The notes under the pieces: model-generated
What the model was told of the DNA's origin: nothing
Databases searched by the model: none
The model's input: the letters and a program-made list of their open reading frames with translations, nothing else
Position numbers and translations under genes: made by a program
Origin: Gammaproteobacteria bacterium
Lineage (GTDB): Bacteria > Pseudomonadota > Gammaproteobacteria > Methylohalomonadales > Methylohalomonadaceae
Assembly (NCBI GenBank): GCA_040905025.1
Contig: JBBDSJ010000126.1
Span: 5,833-69,832, forward strand
Direction: 5' to 3'
Length of the DNA stretch: 64,000 nucleotides
In this document: positions 9,482 to 19,706 of the stretch, piece after piece
How positions within the stretch are numbered: position 1 is the stretch's first letter
Layout of the letters: each line of letters opens with the position of its first letter

Positions 9482-9541
9482 CACTCACCTTAAGTATTGC
9501 CCGTAAGTATTGCCCGTGCTTTTAAAAAGTCCCTCGGGGTT

Positions 9542-9678
9542 GTTTCACTGGGCCCCGGCTTTCGCCGGGGCGACGAAACAGGTTTATCATACCGGTGAAG
9601 ACGGTAGCCAATATAAATAAAGCACGCTTTCAGCGCTCATGTTCGACTGGCCTGCGGCCTTCGCCGCAATGACGGCAG
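9542..9678. repeat. two REP-like palindromic units (9542-9579 and 9641-9678)
   Basis: gtttcactgggccccggctttcgccggggcgacgaaac and gttcgactggcctgcggccttcgccgcaatgacggcag share the same layout and a GC hairpin around TTCGCC. They lie between convergent gene ends. Confidence 0.5.
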
Positions 9679-9686
9679 CCTTGACT

Positions 9687-11822
9687 TTACATACGCTGAA
9701 CCTGAACCAGGTTATCCGAAAAACTCGGCGCGTGGCCCATGTTCACAAACTCGGCCGAGCTGATGATATTGACCGTGCCGCGATTCAACTGACGCCAGTA
9801 ACCGAGCGTTGCCACGATAACACCGGGATTCACATCATCAGTCACCCGTGCGACACCCTCAAAACCGCCACGGCCATTGAACACCCGCACGGTATCGCCC
9901 TCCTTGACTCCACGGCTTTCGGCATCGACAGCATTGATCAGGACAAACTGTTCACCCTGGCCCTTGATCTTGTTATCCATATTCGCGTAACACGAATTCA
10001 AAAAGCCATGACTCTTCGGCGACACGATATTGAGCGGATATTTCTTCGCGAGTTCCGGATTGGTCGCAGGACTTTCGCGTGACGGCACGTAGTCGGGCAA
10101 CGGGTCCAGCGCCTCACCCGGCTGGAAGGCGTCATACATTTGCCGGAATGGCCCGGCGACAAAGTTGCCATTGGCCGCAGCCGATGATTTCAATTCACAC
10201 TTGCCCGACGGGGTCGGGAAATTTCCTTCTTTATGCGGTGCGCGCTTGTCGGGCGTGCCCAGATTCAGATGCGCGTAACCGTGGGTACGCAGGTAATCCA
10301 GATCAATCCCTTCGCAGGCCGGTGCATCCCAGTCAACGTAATGCTCAAGACATTCGCTGTCCGACCACTTGAACTGTTCGTCTTCGAAACCCATGTGCGC
10401 GGCCAGCCGCTGGAAGATCTCGTTGTTCGGGATCGCCTCTCCGGGTGACTCAACACTCCTGGCATTGTAAGTGAGATAGTTATGACCCCACGACAGGATG
10501 ATGTCTTCAAGCTCGGCGCCCATTGATGCCGGTAACAAAATATCGGCATACGAAGCGGTATCGGAAATGAAATGCTCCGCCGAAACCATAAACAAATCTT
10601 CACGCAATAATCCTTCCACAATCTTGTCGCACTCGGGCGCCTGCGTGACCGGGTTCGAGTTCCAGCACATCATCGACTTGATCGGCGGATCGAGTTCCAT
10701 TTCTCCGGTCAGTGCACGCCCGATCTGCAGATTGTTAACCACGCGTGTGCCTTCCGGGATGAAATCCGGCCGACAGATGACGTCGAATTTGTACGGGTGC
10801 TCCCACACCGGCATCTGGTAAATACCGCCACCGACATGACGCCAGGCACCGGTTAATGCAGGCAAACAACAAACCGCACGAATCGTCTGGCCGCCACCAT
10901 AATGGCGTTCCAGCGCGACACCAATACGCATTGCCGCCGGTTGCGTGGTCGCGTATTCACGTGCAAGTACACGGATCTCTTCGGCCGGTATGCCGGTGAT
11001 TTCCTCGGCCCATTCCGGTGTGCGCGATTTGGCGCGTTCGGCCAGTTCGGCAAACCCTTCCGTGTAATTGTCGACATAATCCTGATCGACCAGACCTTCT
11101 TCAATAATGGTATGGATCAGCGCCATCGCCAGTGCGCCATCGGTGCCGGGTTTCGGTGCGATATGCCAATCAGCCTGCGCGGCTGTTTTTGAACGATAGG
11201 CGTCGATAACCACGACTTTCGCGCCTTGCTTTTTCGCATCCTGGACGAAATACCAGTGATGCAAATTGGTACTGACCGAATTACAGGCCCAGATGACAAT
11301 ATATTTGGAATAGGCAAAGCTTTCCGGATCCATGCCACCGCTGGGACCGTGGGTCAGCAACCAGGCGGTCGCCGAGCCTTCACCACAGAACGTGCGTTCA
11401 CACACTGTTGCGCCGAGGCGGTTAAAAAATGCATCGCCACCGTTCAGGCCATGCACCAGCCCTTGATGGCCGAGATAGCTGTAGGGAATAATCGCCTGCG
11501 CACCGTATTCATTAATAATGTCTTTCCAGCGCGTGGTAATTTCATCCAGCGCTTCATCCCAGCTGATACGTTCGAACTGCTTGCTGCCTTTCGGCCCGGT
11601 GCGGCGCATCGGATACAGCAGCCGGTCCGGATGGTAATGGCGTTGTTCGTAATCCTTGAGCTTGACGCAGAGACCACCGCGCGTCATCGGATGATCGGGA
11701 TTACCGCGAACACCGACGACCTTGCCATCTTCAATATCAAACAGCATCGCGCAGGTATCGGGACAATCATGCGGGCAGCCGCCAAAGGCGGTGGTACGAT
11801 TTTCTTTTATTTGGGCAGACAT
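9687..11822 (-). CDS. molybdopterin (bis-MGD) oxidoreductase, DMSO-reductase superfamily, cytoplasmic
   Basis: 711 aa. The N-terminal 4Fe-4S motif is CPHDCPDTC...GGLCVK and the length is typical of MopB domains. No twin-arginine signal is present. The substrate cannot be assigned. Confidence 0.85.
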   Translation of the reverse strand: MSAQIKENRTTAFGGCPHDCPDTCAMLFDIEDGKVVGVRGNPDHPMTRGGLCVKLKDYEQRHYHPDRLLYPMRRTGPKGSKQFERISWDEALDEITTRWKDIINEYGAQAIIPYSYLGHQGLVHGLNGGDAFFNRLGATVCERTFCGEGSATAWLLTHGPSGGMDPESFAYSKYIVIWACNSVSTNLHHWYFVQDAKKQGAKVVVIDAYRSKTAAQADWHIAPKPGTDGALAMALIHTIIEEGLVDQDYVDNYTEGFAELAERAKSRTPEWAEEITGIPAEEIRVLAREYATTQPAAMRIGVALERHYGGGQTIRAVCCLPALTGAWRHVGGGIYQMPVWEHPYKFDVICRPDFIPEGTRVVNNLQIGRALTGEMELDPPIKSMMCWNSNPVTQAPECDKIVEGLLREDLFMVSAEHFISDTASYADILLPASMGAELEDIILSWGHNYLTYNARSVESPGEAIPNNEIFQRLAAHMGFEDEQFKWSDSECLEHYVDWDAPACEGIDLDYLRTHGYAHLNLGTPDKRAPHKEGNFPTPSGKCELKSSAAANGNFVAGPFRQMYDAFQPGEALDPLPDYVPSRESPATNPELAKKYPLNIVSPKSHGFLNSCYANMDNKIKGQGEQFVLINAVDAESRGVKEGDTVRVFNGRGGFEGVARVTDDVNPGVIVATLGYWRQLNRGTVNIISSAEFVNMGHAPSFSDNLVQVQRM

Positions 11823-12166
11823 GGTACTTCTCCTTCAGAGAGCTGCATCAACTATGGCAAATTTTCGTGTCAATTAACAGCATCCAGACTGGTTTGTTGA
11901 AATACCCATGCGAATCCGGGCAGCCAGACCGCTGCCTCGTTGAACCCTGCAAACGTTAATAACCAGCTGCGACAGGTCGGCCACCGGCCGGGAAAAAGCC
12001 TGTTCAGGCAATCTGTCCGGCTGATTCCGCTGCGACAATCTGCCTGAAAATCATATTGCAGTGCGGCATAAGCGGACATACGTGTTTGCCGCCTGCCCGA
12101 CAACAGGTATACTTTTGCAGATAATAATTAGATTAGCAGGCTGCAATAACACTGAGGAAGTGAGTT

Positions 12167-12691
12167 ATGAGTGACACCGAAGATAGAGTATTTTTCAAGA
12201 ATTTTTCCATTGTTGTGATCGTTTTGGCCGTGATGATGGTGGTTTTTATTCTGATGGCGCGGGTTGTTGGCGGTGCTGTCGAGTATGGCGATGACGAAAT
12301 TCGCGCTGCCATAATTTCTGAACGTACGGCACCGGCAGGTGCGGTCCGTATCGAAGGCGACCCGGAACCGGCTGCTGAAACCGAGGAAATGCCTGAAGAA
12401 ACCATGGTAGCAGCAGCCGACGATGTCGAAGGTGCCGATGCCGGCCGCTCTGTTTATGAAGGCCTGTGCATTTCCTGCCATAACGGCGCTATTCCGGGAA
12501 TACCCAAAATTGGTGACGCCGAAGCCTGGGCGCCACGGATCGAGCAGGGCATGGACACACTCTACAAGCACGCGATAGAGGGATACATCGGCACAAGTGG
12601 TATGCCGATGCCGGCCAAAGGCGGCGACCCGAACCTGAGCGATGACCAGGTCAAAGCGGCAGTTGACTACATGGTTGCCGAAAGCCAGTAA
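12167..12691 (+). CDS. membrane-anchored class I c-type cytochrome (cytochrome c5-like)
   Basis: GAGGAAG lies before the ATG. There is an N-terminal TM helix and a heme motif CISCH. The C-terminus GMPMPAKGGDPNLSDDQVKAAVDYMV is typical of cytochrome c5. Confidence 0.8.
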   Translation: MSDTEDRVFFKNFSIVVIVLAVMMVVFILMARVVGGAVEYGDDEIRAAIISERTAPAGAVRIEGDPEPAAETEEMPEETMVAAADDVEGADAGRSVYEGLCISCHNGAIPGIPKIGDAEAWAPRIEQGMDTLYKHAIEGYIGTSGMPMPAKGGDPNLSDDQVKAAVDYMVAESQ

Positions 12692-12710
12692 GCCTGATCA
12701 GCAATTCATT

Positions 12711-12737
12711 AAAAAGCGGTCAGTGACCGCTTTTTTT
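12711..12737. terminator. bidirectional rho-independent terminator
   Basis: aaaaa gcggt cagtg accgc ttttttt: a GC stem flanked by an A-run and a T-run. Confidence 0.75.
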
Positions 12738-12752
12738 GTATCAGAAAATTAT

Positions 12753-12895
12753 GGAAGCTCTGAATAATTCATCCATGAATACTGCATCCTTAGCTTCGTA
12801 ATCAGCACATCCGTGTGCTACTTCTCAGTGCACGAGCAGTGCTACATGGATATAGCGGTTACGTAGCAAAGGACGTAATAAATCAGAGGTTCCTT
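12753..12895. repeat. MITE/REP-like modular repeat, copy A
   Basis: Starts ggaagctctgaataattc and ends aataaatcagaggttcc. Internal modules (gcacgagcagtgc, ctacatggatatag, gcaaaggacg) are shared with copy C. Confidence 0.8.
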
Positions 12896-12907
12896 AATGC
12901 GGCGCAG

Positions 12908-15900
12908 CTAGACACTTTGCAGATTCGCGTACGCCGCCACCAGCCATTTGCTGCCGGCATTTTCGAAATTCACCTGCAGACGCGTTTGTGCGCCGTGGCC
13001 TTCCAGATTCAACACCACGCCTTCACCAAATTTCGCATGACTCACACGCTGACCCAGACGGAACCCCGTTTCTTCTCTTATTGCGGCAGTACTGCGATTG
13101 CTTGCCTGACCACTACTGACATTCGCCCGGCCGGCATGGGGCAACTGACCGCCGAGGCGCACTGCTTCAATGAGTTCTTCCGGAATCTCGCGCAAAAAGC
13201 GTGACGCCGGCGAATAAAAATCCGAGCCATGCATGCGCCGGTGTTCGGCATGCGCCAGTGTCAGACGTTCCTGTGCCCGGGTGATGCCGACATAACACAG
13301 CCGTCGTTCTTCCTCGAGCTGCACCGAATCGGCCAGTGATCGTTGATGCGGGAACAGCCCTTCTTCCATGCCGATCATGAATACAATCGGAAACTCCAGC
13401 CCTTTCGCCGCATGCAACGTCATCAGTTGCACATAATCGCTGCCGGTCGCAGCCTGTTCTTCACCGGACTCAAGTGATGCGTTGGCAAGGAACTGTTGTA
13501 ACGGTGTCATTTCTTCAGCCATGTCGTCCGGCTGCTTGTATTCGCGCATGGCGCGTACCAGCTCTTCCAGGTTTTCGATCCGGTCCTGACCGCGATCGCC
13601 TTTTTCCTTTTTGAAATGCGCAATCAAACCACTGCGGTTGATCGCCGCTTCCATAATCTCGCCGAGCGCGTCATGCTGATTCAGGTTTTTTATATCTTCG
13701 CTTAAATCATAAATAAGTTGCAGAAAACCATGCAGTGCCGACAATGCCCGTGCCGCCAGCATTTTTTCACGCAGTACCTGTTCGGCCGCCTGCCATAAAC
13801 TTAATGATTCCTTGCGTGCCAGATCCCGCAACTCCTGCAGGGTGCGCTGACCGATCCCGCGCGTCGGTATATTTACAATCCGTTCAAATGACGCATCATC
13901 ATTGAAGTTACCGGCCAGCCGTAAATAGGCGAGCGCATCCTTGACTTCGGCACGTTCATAAAAACGCATGCCGCCAAAAATGCGATACGGGATCGCCTGC
14001 CGCACCAGCATTTCCTCGAGCATGCGCGACTGCGCGCTGACGCGATATAAAATGGCCAAGTCACGATACGGCCGGCCACGCGCATGCCAGACTTCAATCT
14101 CGTCAACCACATGCCGGGCTTCGTCCTGCTCGTTATATGCAGTATAGATTTTGATCTTTTCGCCGGTCTCACCTTCCGTCCACAGTTGCTTGCCCAGCCG
14201 GCCACTGTTATTGGCGATCAACGCATTCGCGGCCTTGAGAATTGTGCTGGTAGAACGATAGTTCTGTTCCAGCCGCAGTAACTGTGTATCGGTAAAGTCG
14301 CGTTCAAAACGCTGCATGTTTTCGACTAAAGCTCCTCTCCAACTGTAGATCGAATTATGTGTAACCACACCGTTGGCAATGAAATTATGTGTATTCTGAA
14401 CATTCAAATCATAGACATCTGCTTCCGTGTCCTGATTCTGAACATGCTCAACAACATCGAAATTACCATCAGCAGTGGCCATTACCATGCCCGGGCGGAT
14501 TGCGGCAGCAGTGATAAATGGCAATGATCGGTTCAGGATATGGCCTTGCATGATATAGCGCGAATCATCAAGGCGTTCGCGAATCCGCCGCGCAATTTGC
14601 ATCAGCTCGCCAAAATCACGGCGCACTGTTTCAAAGCGCCAACTATTACTGCCAGTTTTCACTTTACGCACACTTAGCCCCAATGCTTCAAGTTCTGATC
14701 GATCCCTGGCATTAATGCCCGCGACGGAAATTCTATGCATTGGATTCAGACCACGCCGATCACCACACAGGGTAATGACAATATTCCGGCGGTTTGAATT
14801 TCTGGATTGTGGCAGATGGTGCGGGCGTTCCGGGTCGAGACCCACGGATTCCAGCAAGCGCATGGCCGCTTCTGTAGTATCCAACGATGCATATACACGC
14901 TTTATATAAGCGCCATCATGTACCAGACCATTCACGGCCTTGCCCTTGCGCGGCACAAATGGCAGCATCGGCAATCCATAACGCAATGATGTCAGTGTCT
15001 CATCCAGTCTGGCTTCATTTTCAGTTGAGTGTGTACGAATAATCCACAATGCATCGGCGCTTTCCTGTAACGCCCGCTGCTTGAAACCGACTACTGCCTT
15101 TGCCTGACCACGGGTATAGACTTGTGAAGTTCCCAGGCGATAGCCCATACCTTCCTTGTGCATCAAATACAGAAAATAGGTTTGCGGCGCTTCACCCAGT
15201 ACGTAACCGGCAAAATGCGTATGTTCTGGCGTACTTTTCAGCACGGCACCAGAACGTAAATGCAGATGAACCATGCGTCCCTTGCGACGACGTTTGAATG
15301 TTTCCATTACCCGGGCAGATCGGAAATCGCCACTGCCGTAACTGGAGAAAATCTGCTCATCCGTCTGAATCATCTCAATCGGCTTGCTGGAACCATTGGC
15401 CATTTGAATCTGTGTGCCTGCCGCCAGACATTGATCATCATCGCCGACAGCAAACAACGAGCCGGTATTACCGACCAGCAAACGCAGCCAGGCGTATTGC
15501 AATGCATTGGTATCCTGGAATTCATCAACGAGCACATGCCGGAAACGCTGGCGGTAGTGATTCAGGATCGAATCGTTATCACGCAGCAGTTCATGTGCGC
15601 GCAACAACAGTTCGGCAAAGTCCACCAACCCGCCACGATTGCAGGTTTCCTGATAAGCCTGGTAGATACGCACCATTTGCGTAATGGTTGGATCGGCATG
15701 AGCATCAATATGCTGTGGCCTTACACCTTCTTCCTTGCGGGCATTGATATACCACTGGGACTCGCGTGACGGCCATTGCGCCTCATCCAGATTCAAGCCG
15801 CGTAATGTTCTTTTAATCACGCGCAGCTGATCATCGCTGTCAATTATCTGAAAATCCTGCGGCAGACCGGCTTCCTGCCAGTGCGCGCGCAGCAGCCGGT

Positions 15901-16183
15901 GCGCGGTGCCATGAAACGTACCGACCCACATGCCACTAGCTGGCATGCCCAGCAGTTGTTCAGTACGGGCACGCATTTGCGCGGCGGCCTTGTTGGTAAA
16001 TGTGACGGCGAGAATGCCATGCGGACTGGTTTCACCGGTGCGAACATACCAGGCGATGCGATGTACCAGCACCCGGGTTTTGCCACTGCCGGCACCGGCC
16101 AGTACCAGCAGATTGCCGGTCGGCGCGGCTACAGCTTCGCGCTGGGCAGTATTGAGGGGATCAAGTAAATCGGAAACATCCAT
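12908..16183 (-). CDS. uvrD: DNA helicase II UvrD, containing an intein
   Basis: The start MDVSDLLDPLNTAQREAVAAP..LLVLAGAGSGKTRVLVHRIAW closely matches the E. coli UvrD N-terminus as I recall it. VDEFQDTN is present. Motif III VGDDDQ|...|SIYSWRGA is split by 359 codons. Confidence 0.95.
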   Translation of the reverse strand: MDVSDLLDPLNTAQREAVAAPTGNLLVLAGAGSGKTRVLVHRIAWYVRTGETSPHGILAVTFTNKAAAQMRARTEQLLGMPASGMWVGTFHGTAHRLLRAHWQEAGLPQDFQIIDSDDQLRVIKRTLRGLNLDEAQWPSRESQWYINARKEEGVRPQHIDAHADPTITQMVRIYQAYQETCNRGGLVDFAELLLRAHELLRDNDSILNHYRQRFRHVLVDEFQDTNALQYAWLRLLVGNTGSLFAVGDDDQCLAAGTQIQMANGSSKPIEMIQTDEQIFSSYGSGDFRSARVMETFKRRRKGRMVHLHLRSGAVLKSTPEHTHFAGYVLGEAPQTYFLYLMHKEGMGYRLGTSQVYTRGQAKAVVGFKQRALQESADALWIIRTHSTENEARLDETLTSLRYGLPMLPFVPRKGKAVNGLVHDGAYIKRVYASLDTTEAAMRLLESVGLDPERPHHLPQSRNSNRRNIVITLCGDRRGLNPMHRISVAGINARDRSELEALGLSVRKVKTGSNSWRFETVRRDFGELMQIARRIRERLDDSRYIMQGHILNRSLPFITAAAIRPGMVMATADGNFDVVEHVQNQDTEADVYDLNVQNTHNFIANGVVTHNSIYSWRGALVENMQRFERDFTDTQLLRLEQNYRSTSTILKAANALIANNSGRLGKQLWTEGETGEKIKIYTAYNEQDEARHVVDEIEVWHARGRPYRDLAILYRVSAQSRMLEEMLVRQAIPYRIFGGMRFYERAEVKDALAYLRLAGNFNDDASFERIVNIPTRGIGQRTLQELRDLARKESLSLWQAAEQVLREKMLAARALSALHGFLQLIYDLSEDIKNLNQHDALGEIMEAAINRSGLIAHFKKEKGDRGQDRIENLEELVRAMREYKQPDDMAEEMTPLQQFLANASLESGEEQAATGSDYVQLMTLHAAKGLEFPIVFMIGMEEGLFPHQRSLADSVQLEEERRLCYVGITRAQERLTLAHAEHRRMHGSDFYSPASRFLREIPEELIEAVRLGGQLPHAGRANVSSGQASNRSTAAIREETGFRLGQRVSHAKFGEGVVLNLEGHGAQTRLQVNFENAGSKWLVAAYANLQSV
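14354..15430 (-). other. intein (359 codons) inside uvrD
   Basis: Begins CLAAGTQI right after VGDDDQ. It contains TPEHTHF (block B TxxH) and ends VYDLNVQNTHNFIANGVVTHN, followed by +1 Ser (SIYSWRGA). Confidence 0.85.
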
Positions 16184-16321
16184 GGGCGTGGATTGTAACA
16201 AAAGCAAACAGACAATAGATGGTGGATAATGGCAGGCTGTACTTCGCTGTGTTCAGCACGAACTGTTATGCTCGTGCCGCATCGCTCGACAATCTTTTCG
16301 CCATTAACTTGTCTACCAAAC

Positions 16322-17689
16322 ATGACTGACAGCACAACTCTCAAACCCCTGCGTGACCAACCCGGGCATTTGCTCGACCTGCTCGATCTGGTGCTGAATG
16401 AAGCCAAACGCCTCGGCGCGGATGCCGCCGAGGCCGATATCGGCGTCGGCGACGGTCTCAGCGCAACAGTGCGCATGGGCGAGGTTGAAACCCTGGAGCA
16501 TCAACGCGACAAGGGCCTTGGCGTGGTGGTCTACCAGGGTCAACGCAAGGGCAGCGCCAGCAGCAGCGATCTGTCACCTGCTGCATTGACCGAAACCGTC
16601 CAGGCCGCACTGGCTATTGCTGCCCACACTAAACCCGATCCCTGTGCCGGGCTGGCGGATCCGGCGCTGCTGGCCAGCACAATTCCGGATCTGGATCTGT
16701 ACCACCCGTGGCCCATTTCGCCGCAGGACGCAATAGCCAGGGCACTGGCCTGCGAACAGATTGCCCGTGATACTGATGCCCGCATAGTGAATGCCGATGG
16801 CACCACACTGGCGACTGCCAGCGGTGCTCATGTTTATGGCAACAGCCATGGATTTCACGGTTACTGGCAGTATTCGCGCCACAGCCTTGACTGCACAGTG
16901 ATCGCCAAAGACGCCAGCGGCATGCAACGCGATGGCTGGCAAAGTCAGGCGCGGGTGGCCGATGAACTCGACAGTCTCGAGAATATCGGCAAAACCGCCG
17001 CCCGCCGCACGGTCGATCGACTCGGCGCCCGGCGGCTGAATACCCGCAGTGCACCGGTCATTTTCGAGGCGCCGGTGGCCGGCAGCCTGTTCGGGCATCT
17101 GGTCAATGCCCTGTCCGGCGGCAACCTGTACCGCCGCTCGTCGTTTTTGCTCGACCAGGTCGGCGAACAGATTTTCCCGGACTGGCTGCGGGTACATGAA
17201 CAACCGCATCTGCGCCGTGGTCTGCGCAGCGCACCGTTTGATGACGAAGGTGTCGCAACACGGGCGCGTGATCTGGTCACTGCCGGTGTGTTGCAGGGCT
17301 ACGTCCTTGGCAGCTACTCGGCGCGCAAACTCGGACTGCAAACCACCGGCAATGCGGGCGGCGTGCATAATCTGTGTATCGAGCCGGGCTCTGCCAATGC
17401 GGAGCAATACAACCTGCCGGGCCTGCTGAAACTGATGGATACCGGCCTGCTGGTGACTGACCTGATGGGCTTTGGCGTCAACATCATGACGGGCGATTAT
17501 TCGCGTGGTGTTTCCGGCTACTGGGTCGAAAACGGTGAAATTGCCTATCCGGTCGAAGAAATCACCATTGCCGGTAATCTGGCCGACCTGTTCAAGGGTA
17601 TTGTCGCCACCGGCCAGGACATTGATCCACGCCGGAGCACGCGCACCGGTTCGGTGCTCATAGACAAGCTGATGGTTGCCGGTGAATAA
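16322..17689 (+). CDS. pmbA: metalloprotease PmbA/TldE
   Basis: ATG at 16322. LLDLVLNEAKRLGADAAEADIGVGDGLSATVRMGEVETLEH and the C-terminal GDYSRGVSGYWVENGEI are typical of the PmbA/TldD family. Confidence 0.9.
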   Translation: MTDSTTLKPLRDQPGHLLDLLDLVLNEAKRLGADAAEADIGVGDGLSATVRMGEVETLEHQRDKGLGVVVYQGQRKGSASSSDLSPAALTETVQAALAIAAHTKPDPCAGLADPALLASTIPDLDLYHPWPISPQDAIARALACEQIARDTDARIVNADGTTLATASGAHVYGNSHGFHGYWQYSRHSLDCTVIAKDASGMQRDGWQSQARVADELDSLENIGKTAARRTVDRLGARRLNTRSAPVIFEAPVAGSLFGHLVNALSGGNLYRRSSFLLDQVGEQIFPDWLRVHEQPHLRRGLRSAPFDDEGVATRARDLVTAGVLQGYVLGSYSARKLGLQTTGNAGGVHNLCIEPGSANAEQYNLPGLLKLMDTGLLVTDLMGFGVNIMTGDYSRGVSGYWVENGEIAYPVEEITIAGNLADLFKGIVATGQDIDPRRSTRTGSVLIDKLMVAGE

Positions 17690-17761
17690 CGCTAAATCAT
17701 TGCGATAGCCTGACTTACATGGCAATCTCGAAACACAACTAATAGAAACCCCCAGAGACGT

Positions 17762-18715
17762 ATGAGCATTCCACAGCAACAGGCTCGCAATCACACCGCC
17801 AGGGACGAACTCGCCGGGGTCCTTGCCGAAGCTACGCAAATTATTCTTGGCAAAGAACATGTCGTACGGCTGGCGTTGACCTGCCTGATTGGCCGCGGCC
17901 ATTTGCTGATCGAAGACCAGCCCGGGGTCGGCAAAACCACACTCGCGCATCTGCTGGCACGTGTCTTTGGCCTGTCGTTTCAGCGTATCCAGTTCACCAG
18001 CGATTTATTGCCTGCCGACATCCTCGGTGTCTCGATTTACGACCGTGACAATGCCGGCTTTACATTCCATCCCGGGCCGATTTTCGCGCAGGTTATTCTT
18101 GCCGACGAAGTCAATCGCGCCACACCGCGTACGCAAAGCGCGTTGCTCGAAGCGATGGAAGAAAACCAGGTGACCATTGAAGGCCAGACCCGGCCACTGC
18201 CGAAACCGTTTTTCGTCATCGCCACGCAGAACCCGATGAACCAGATCGGTACTTTCCCGTTACCCGAATCACAACTGGACCGGTTCCTGATGCGCATCGA
18301 ACTCGGCTACCCGGATGCAAAGGCCGAACGCGAATTGCTGGCGGGGCGGGACCGGCGCGAACTGCTCGCCGATCTGCAACCGTTACTTATACCGGAACGT
18401 CTGATCATGCTGCAGAAGCAGGCCCAGGCCATCCATGTCGCACCGGCGCTGCTTGATTATCTTCAGGATCTGCTCGAATACAGCCGCCAGTCCGGCCGCT
18501 ACCTGCACGGTCTGTCGCCACGCGCCGGACTCGCCGTGTTACGTGCCGCCCAGGCCTGGTCATTGTTGCATGGCCATGACGCCGTATTACCTGAAGATAT
18601 CCAGGCCATTCTGCCGAGCGTCATCGGCCATCGCCTGCAACCGCGCGATGAGCAACGCAACCATGCGCCGGTCGAGCTGGCCCGGGATCTGATTAAACAG
18701 GTACCAATCCCCTGA
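17762..18715 (+). CDS. MoxR-family AAA+ ATPase
   Basis: 317 aa. Walker A is EDQPGVGKT and Walker B is ILADEVNRA. IATQNP and the LSPRA motif are typical of MoxR. Confidence 0.9.
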   Translation: MSIPQQQARNHTARDELAGVLAEATQIILGKEHVVRLALTCLIGRGHLLIEDQPGVGKTTLAHLLARVFGLSFQRIQFTSDLLPADILGVSIYDRDNAGFTFHPGPIFAQVILADEVNRATPRTQSALLEAMEENQVTIEGQTRPLPKPFFVIATQNPMNQIGTFPLPESQLDRFLMRIELGYPDAKAERELLAGRDRRELLADLQPLLIPERLIMLQKQAQAIHVAPALLDYLQDLLEYSRQSGRYLHGLSPRAGLAVLRAAQAWSLLHGHDAVLPEDIQAILPSVIGHRLQPRDEQRNHAPVELARDLIKQVPIP

Positions 18716-18737
18716 TCGGCGCTGCTGTCATATTGCG

Positions 18738-19685
18738 GTGAATACACAAGTCGCTGATCTGTCAGTAGCTGGACAAACCACATTGACCCGGCGCCGGGTC
18801 TATATCCTGCCTACCGCGGCCGGCATGCTTTTCGTTGTGACGTTGATCGTGATGCTGCTCGGGGCAATCAACTATGACAACAGCCTGGCCTATGTACTGA
18901 CCTTTCTGGTCGCCAGCCTGTTATTGCCGGCCATTTTGCATACCTACCGTAACCTCAAGGATTTGCGCGTTTCCGCCGGCCCGCCGGCTGCCGTATTTGC
19001 CGGCGACAACGCGTATTTCCCGGTGACGCTGGATAATCGCCCGCGTGCTGCCGGCAACCTGGCCGGCCGGCCGCGTTATGCACTGGAACTGCAATGTGGC
19101 CGCCGCAATGCGGCAGTCAATGTGCCGCAACTGACTGCCGAACTGAAAACCGTCGCGGTTCCCGCTGCCAGTGTTCGCCGTGGTTATCTGAAGCTTGGGC
19201 GCGTACGCATCAGCAGCCGGTTTCCGCTGGGTTTGTTCCGGGCCTGGTCGTATTGCCGCAGCGATCAACTCGCCGCGATTTATCCCAAACCTGCCGGCCC
19301 ACTGTCGTTGCCAGCACCCAGCGCCTGGAATGCCGAAGATCAACTTGGTATGACGGCGGGCGCCGAGGATTTTGTCGGCTTTCGCAATTATCATCCGGGT
19401 GATTCCATCCGCAGCATTGCCTGGAAAGCCGTCGCACGTGGCCAACCGATTGTCGTCAAGCGATTCAGTGGGGGTGGCGCGCAGCGATTGATTCTGGCCT
19501 GGGAACATACGACGGCAGTTGGCGATGTCGAATCGCGCTTAAGTCAATTGTGCCGCTGGATTATTGCGGCCGAAGACCAGGGCCTGCGTTATGGCCTGCA
19601 GTTACCCGGCATACAAATCGAACCGGACCATGGCCCGGCGCACCGGCATCGCTGTCTGCTCGCATTGACCGAGTTTGATTTGTAG
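18738..19685 (+). CDS. DUF58 domain protein (MoxR partner)
   Basis: 315 aa with two N-terminal TM helices. FVGFRNYHPGDSIRSIAWKA matches the DUF58 signature. It sits directly after moxR. Confidence 0.8.
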   Translation: MNTQVADLSVAGQTTLTRRRVYILPTAAGMLFVVTLIVMLLGAINYDNSLAYVLTFLVASLLLPAILHTYRNLKDLRVSAGPPAAVFAGDNAYFPVTLDNRPRAAGNLAGRPRYALELQCGRRNAAVNVPQLTAELKTVAVPAASVRRGYLKLGRVRISSRFPLGLFRAWSYCRSDQLAAIYPKPAGPLSLPAPSAWNAEDQLGMTAGAEDFVGFRNYHPGDSIRSIAWKAVARGQPIVVKRFSGGGAQRLILAWEHTTAVGDVESRLSQLCRWIIAAEDQGLRYGLQLPGIQIEPDHGPAHRHRCLLALTEFDL

Positions 19686-19706
19686 TAAAAATTCATTGCT
19701 GCCGCC

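Noticed and set aside
11823-12166. Moco riboswitch in the leader of the molybdopterin oxidoreductase gene
   Set aside because: I could not find the conserved Moco-motif blocks in the 340-nt divergent intergenic region. It would need an Infernal scan (RF01055) to exclude formally.
16574-17950. 458-aa ORF on the minus strand, the second-longest unassigned ORF in the track
   Set aside because: It lies entirely antisense to pmbA and the moxR upstream region. Its composition is Arg/Gly/Ala-rich and low-complexity, and I see no recognisable motif. This is a typical shadow ORF of a GC-rich gene.
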